This document shows positions 61,034 through 64,000 of a DNA stretch of 64,000 nucleotides, in pieces. Made by a program: the position numbers and the translations under genes. How positions within the stretch are numbered: the stretch's first letter is position 1; each line of letters starts with the position of its first letter. The notes beneath the pieces are model-generated. The model saw nothing but the letters and a program-made list of their open reading frames with translations. It made no database searches and was not told the origin of the DNA. Origin of the DNA: Chrysemys picta bellii (Eukaryota); NCBI RefSeq assembly GCF_011386835.1, contig NC_088791.1, positions 349,804,001 to 349,868,000 on the forward strand, in the 5' to 3' direction.

Positions 61034-61143
61034 TAGATTTGCACTAAGAGCAGAAAGATGTCTCGCTAAATATCATCTAGTCTCCTGTTCCTTTTCCTTT
61101 CAGGAAGGAAAGTTCAAAAATCCCTGGACCTGCCCAGTATATT

Positions 61144-62079
61144 ATGTCAGCTGTCAATGACACCAAATTCAACTCTGTAGTGTTCCTTCTCACCGGGATA
61201 CCTGGGCTGGAAGACGTCCATATCTGGATCTCTATCCCCTTCTGCTTCATATATGTTATTTCAATAGTAGGAAATTCAATTATTCTGTTCATTATAAAAA
61301 CAGATCCAACCCTCCATGAGCCCATGTATATTTTCCTTTTCATGTTGGCCGTCACGGACCTTGGCTTATCGATAGCCACCATGCCGACAATACTGGGCAT
61401 ATACTTGTTTAACTCTAGGGGAATCAGCCTCAATGCCTGTTTTGCCCAGTTGTTCTTCATCCACTCGCTTTCAAAAATGGAATCCTCCGTGCTCTTGTTG
61501 ATGGCCTTTGACCGCTTCATCGCCATCTGTAACCCACTAAGATATACCTCCATCTTAACTCCACTGAGGATAGCCAAGATGGGACTGGTGGCTGTTCTAA
61601 CATCGGTGGCCGTAATACTCCCACTCCCCATTCTCCTGAAACGGTTCCAATACTGTCGAGACAATGTTCTCTCCCATTCCTACTGCATGCACCAGGATGT
61701 CATGAAGGCGGCTTGTTCAGACATCTCAGTGAACAGCATCTATGGCTTGTTGGGTAAAATCTCCACGGTGGGGTTGGACTCGCTCCTCATCTTCCTCTCT
61801 TATGTGATGATCGTCAAAACAGTGCTGAGTGTTGCATCCCACAAAGAGTGCCTCAGGGCCCTGAACACCTGCGTCTCCCACCTCTGCTCTGTCGTGCTCT
61901 TCTACATATCAGACATTGGCCTGGCTTTGATACACAGATTCGGAAATAGCTCTACTCACTTGCTTCAGATTATCCTGGGCTACGTCTACCTGCTGGTCCC
62001 GCCCCTGATGAACCCAATCGTGTACAGCGTGAAAAGCAAACACCTTCGTGAGAGGATAATCAGGGCATTTGTCAAGTGA
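61144..62079 (+). CDS. OR6: class I olfactory receptor, family 51-like, intact 311 aa
   Basis: All OR motifs present. Confidence 0.97.
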   Translation: MSAVNDTKFNSVVFLLTGIPGLEDVHIWISIPFCFIYVISIVGNSIILFIIKTDPTLHEPMYIFLFMLAVTDLGLSIATMPTILGIYLFNSRGISLNACFAQLFFIHSLSKMESSVLLLMAFDRFIAICNPLRYTSILTPLRIAKMGLVAVLTSVAVILPLPILLKRFQYCRDNVLSHSYCMHQDVMKAACSDISVNSIYGLLGKISTVGLDSLLIFLSYVMIVKTVLSVASHKECLRALNTCVSHLCSVVLFYISDIGLALIHRFGNSSTHLLQIILGYVYLLVPPLMNPIVYSVKSKHLRERIIRAFVK

Positions 62080-62700
62080 AGGGTCAGTTCATCACCTGGC
62101 TCCAGTGCTGGCAACATGGGAGAGGAAAAACACAAGCGATGGCCATGACCACATATTCCATCCTGGAACCTCTTCCCCTGAGGCCCTTTCCTTTGCCCCA
62201 TCTCTTCCCTGAAGACCACACCTCTACTATTCCCCTTTACCCGAGACTCTGCCCCCTTTCCAGGCTGGAAGCCAGAGCCAGGCCTTGGTAAGAGCTGCCC
62301 AGGGAACCAGAGCCACAGTGAGGTGCCCCACACCCTCCACATTTTATCCCCCAGGGTTTACAAGTCAGGGAATGTGGAGACTCTGGGGCTCCCCACAGCA
62401 ACCTGTACTTCCAGGGCAGCTCTTACCTTGCCCTGACTCTGGTCTGGCTGGGAGAAGGAGCCTCGGGGAAAGTGAAGGAGCAAGAGGCAGGGCTTAGTGA
62501 GAAGATATGGGGCAGGAGACAGGGCTTCAGTTGACAAAGGGGAATAGGGTCTGAACCAATGCTGACCGCAGCAATCAGGACAGTGGGGCTGATCCTGAGT
62601 AAAGGAGGAGGCTGGGGCTGGAGGGTAGGAGACCTTGTGTTTTTGATAAGACTAAATTAATGTGACCCCACAAAGGGGTCTCTTGTTGTAAGTATCCCAG

Positions 62701-63493
62701 CGTGACAGTGCTGCCCGTGGGAGCCAGCCGAGGTCACTCAATTAGGGTGAACTGCAAACAAAACGGGGCAGACAAACCCCCAAACGCTGCTGGATATTCC
62801 AATACTTAGATTTACCAAAACAGCTTCTGTAGTACCTCACTGGTTACTCAGAAGTCCAAACAACGCAGTTCCCTTAAAGTGCCCAGCCTCAGGCCTCCAT
62901 CCACACACACCTGTCAGATACGATGATGATTACTGAAAATCTTATCTCATCATATAAAAGAAAAGGTTCTTCCAATCCCAAAGGGTCAGCCACATACCCA
63001 GGTCCAATTATAACTTAGATCCTACCCAAAATACACGCTTATAGCCAATTCTTATTAACTAAACTAAAATTTATTTAAAAAGAAAAGAGAGAGAGTGTTG
63101 GTTAAAAGATCAATATACAGACAGACTTGAATTCAATTCTTGAGGTTCAGATACATAACAGAGATGAGCTTGTAGTTGACAAAAGTCCTTTTAGAAATAG
63201 TCCATGGGTTGTAGTCCAATGTCCATATTCAGGGTGGCTCCAGTCAGTGACTGGGGATCATAATCCTTGTGGCTTAAGGTTTCCCCCTCTTGAAACCCAA
63301 AGCAGATCTGAGATGAAGTAGGATCATGTCCCTAGGTTTTTATACATTTCCAGCAATCTTTTGGCCTGAGAAAACAATAGGCTTAACTTTCCTTCTTCTA
63401 AACATCCTGGCAATTAGCACAGGATAATTTATCCATTAAACAGTTCAGATACAGGTTACCACAACCTTCAAAGAGATGTATAGACAATAATAC
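62701..63493. mobile_element. LTR-like element inserted in the OR6 3' flank
   Basis: Homology to paralogous flanks stops at GTATCCCAG|. Starts (C/T)GTGACAGTG. Related to 1-865. Confidence 0.6.
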
Positions 63494-64000
63494 TGTGGGG
63501 AAAAAGAGCTAGGTGGCCTTCTTTATGACAGCCAAAGTAACACCGAAGGCCCAAATTTAGGCCCTCTGACAGAAGCTGACTATACAGACGGCCTTTACAT
63601 AGAACCGTACAGGCCAGGGCCTGAACAAAACTAAGCTTCACAATTCCCTGCCAAATACGGTCATGGGCTATGACCAGAGGAGGGAGGGGAAGGAAGCAAT
63701 GCAATAGGCCTTAGCAACAGAATAACTGCTTGTTTATGAAATACATGATAACTGCCTGTCTGTAAAAACATGATAACCACTTGTTTATAAAACATAATAA
63801 CCGCCTATATGAAGAAATTGCTTCTAGTAAAGGTCAACTTCCCCTATAGTTCCAGCTATCTGCCAACCAGCCAATCATATATCATCTTTGGCCATCCCAT
63901 AATAAACCCCTATGCCCTTAACCATAGAACCCTGGAAACAACAGTATGTTACCTGATGAGAACAACACTCCAACTGGTGCCAAGTACCACCCATGTCGGA
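63494..64000. mobile_element. Possible second LTR nested in the first, running off the window
   Basis: Abrupt sequence change beginning TG. Short ATAAC(T/C)(G/A)C(T/C)T repeats at 63720-63810. Confidence 0.35.

Larger units (their letters stand above)
10999..62700 (+). repeat. Tandem segmental duplication array: five same-orientation OR units (2-6)
   Basis: ATG-to-ATG spacing 11209, 8199, 13134 and 15023 bp. The ~2.5-kb upstream and ~1-kb downstream blocks recur around every gene with high identity. Confidence 0.95.

Noticed and set aside
1-64000. Related LTR-like elements at both window ends as possible flanks of one large element or recombination substrate
   Set aside because: They look too diverged, sit in unrelated contexts, and there is no retroviral internal coding sequence between them.

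Overview
Vertebrate genomic DNA, almost certainly turtle (inferred from the repeat families: CR1 LINEs with (ATTCTATG)n tails, Penelope terminal repeats containing GTGGCACCTTAGAGACTAAC, hAT, Harbinger and LTR families). The window holds a cluster of six intact 311-aa class I (family 51-like) olfactory receptor genes with single-exon coding regions. OR1 (1259-2194) is on the minus strand and is more diverged. OR2-OR6 (13579, 24788, 32987, 46121, 61144) are on the plus strand, in a tandem array of recently duplicated 8-15 kb units. The spacers are mosaics of shared and private TE insertions and deletions. Most interesting signals: (1) seven Penelope-associated minimal hammerhead-ribozyme-like motifs, one of them degenerate. 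They include a perfect 187-bp palindrome carrying back-to-back hammerheads, and a hairpin insertion just upstream of the OR6 splice acceptor. (2) A 2.3-kb inversion (7225-9538) whose junctions fit recombination between two oppositely oriented CR1 copies. (3) Unusual charged residues at predicted ligand-pocket positions: K111 with D257 and loss of the TM6 proline, a K/T switch at 205, and H183D in OR3. (4) Conflicting phylogenetic signals between genes and flanks, suggesting gene conversion or unequal crossover. Hammerheads in Penelope elements are known in general. I cannot show from sequence alone that anything here is a new biological system. TE family names and approximate boundaries were assigned by eye.
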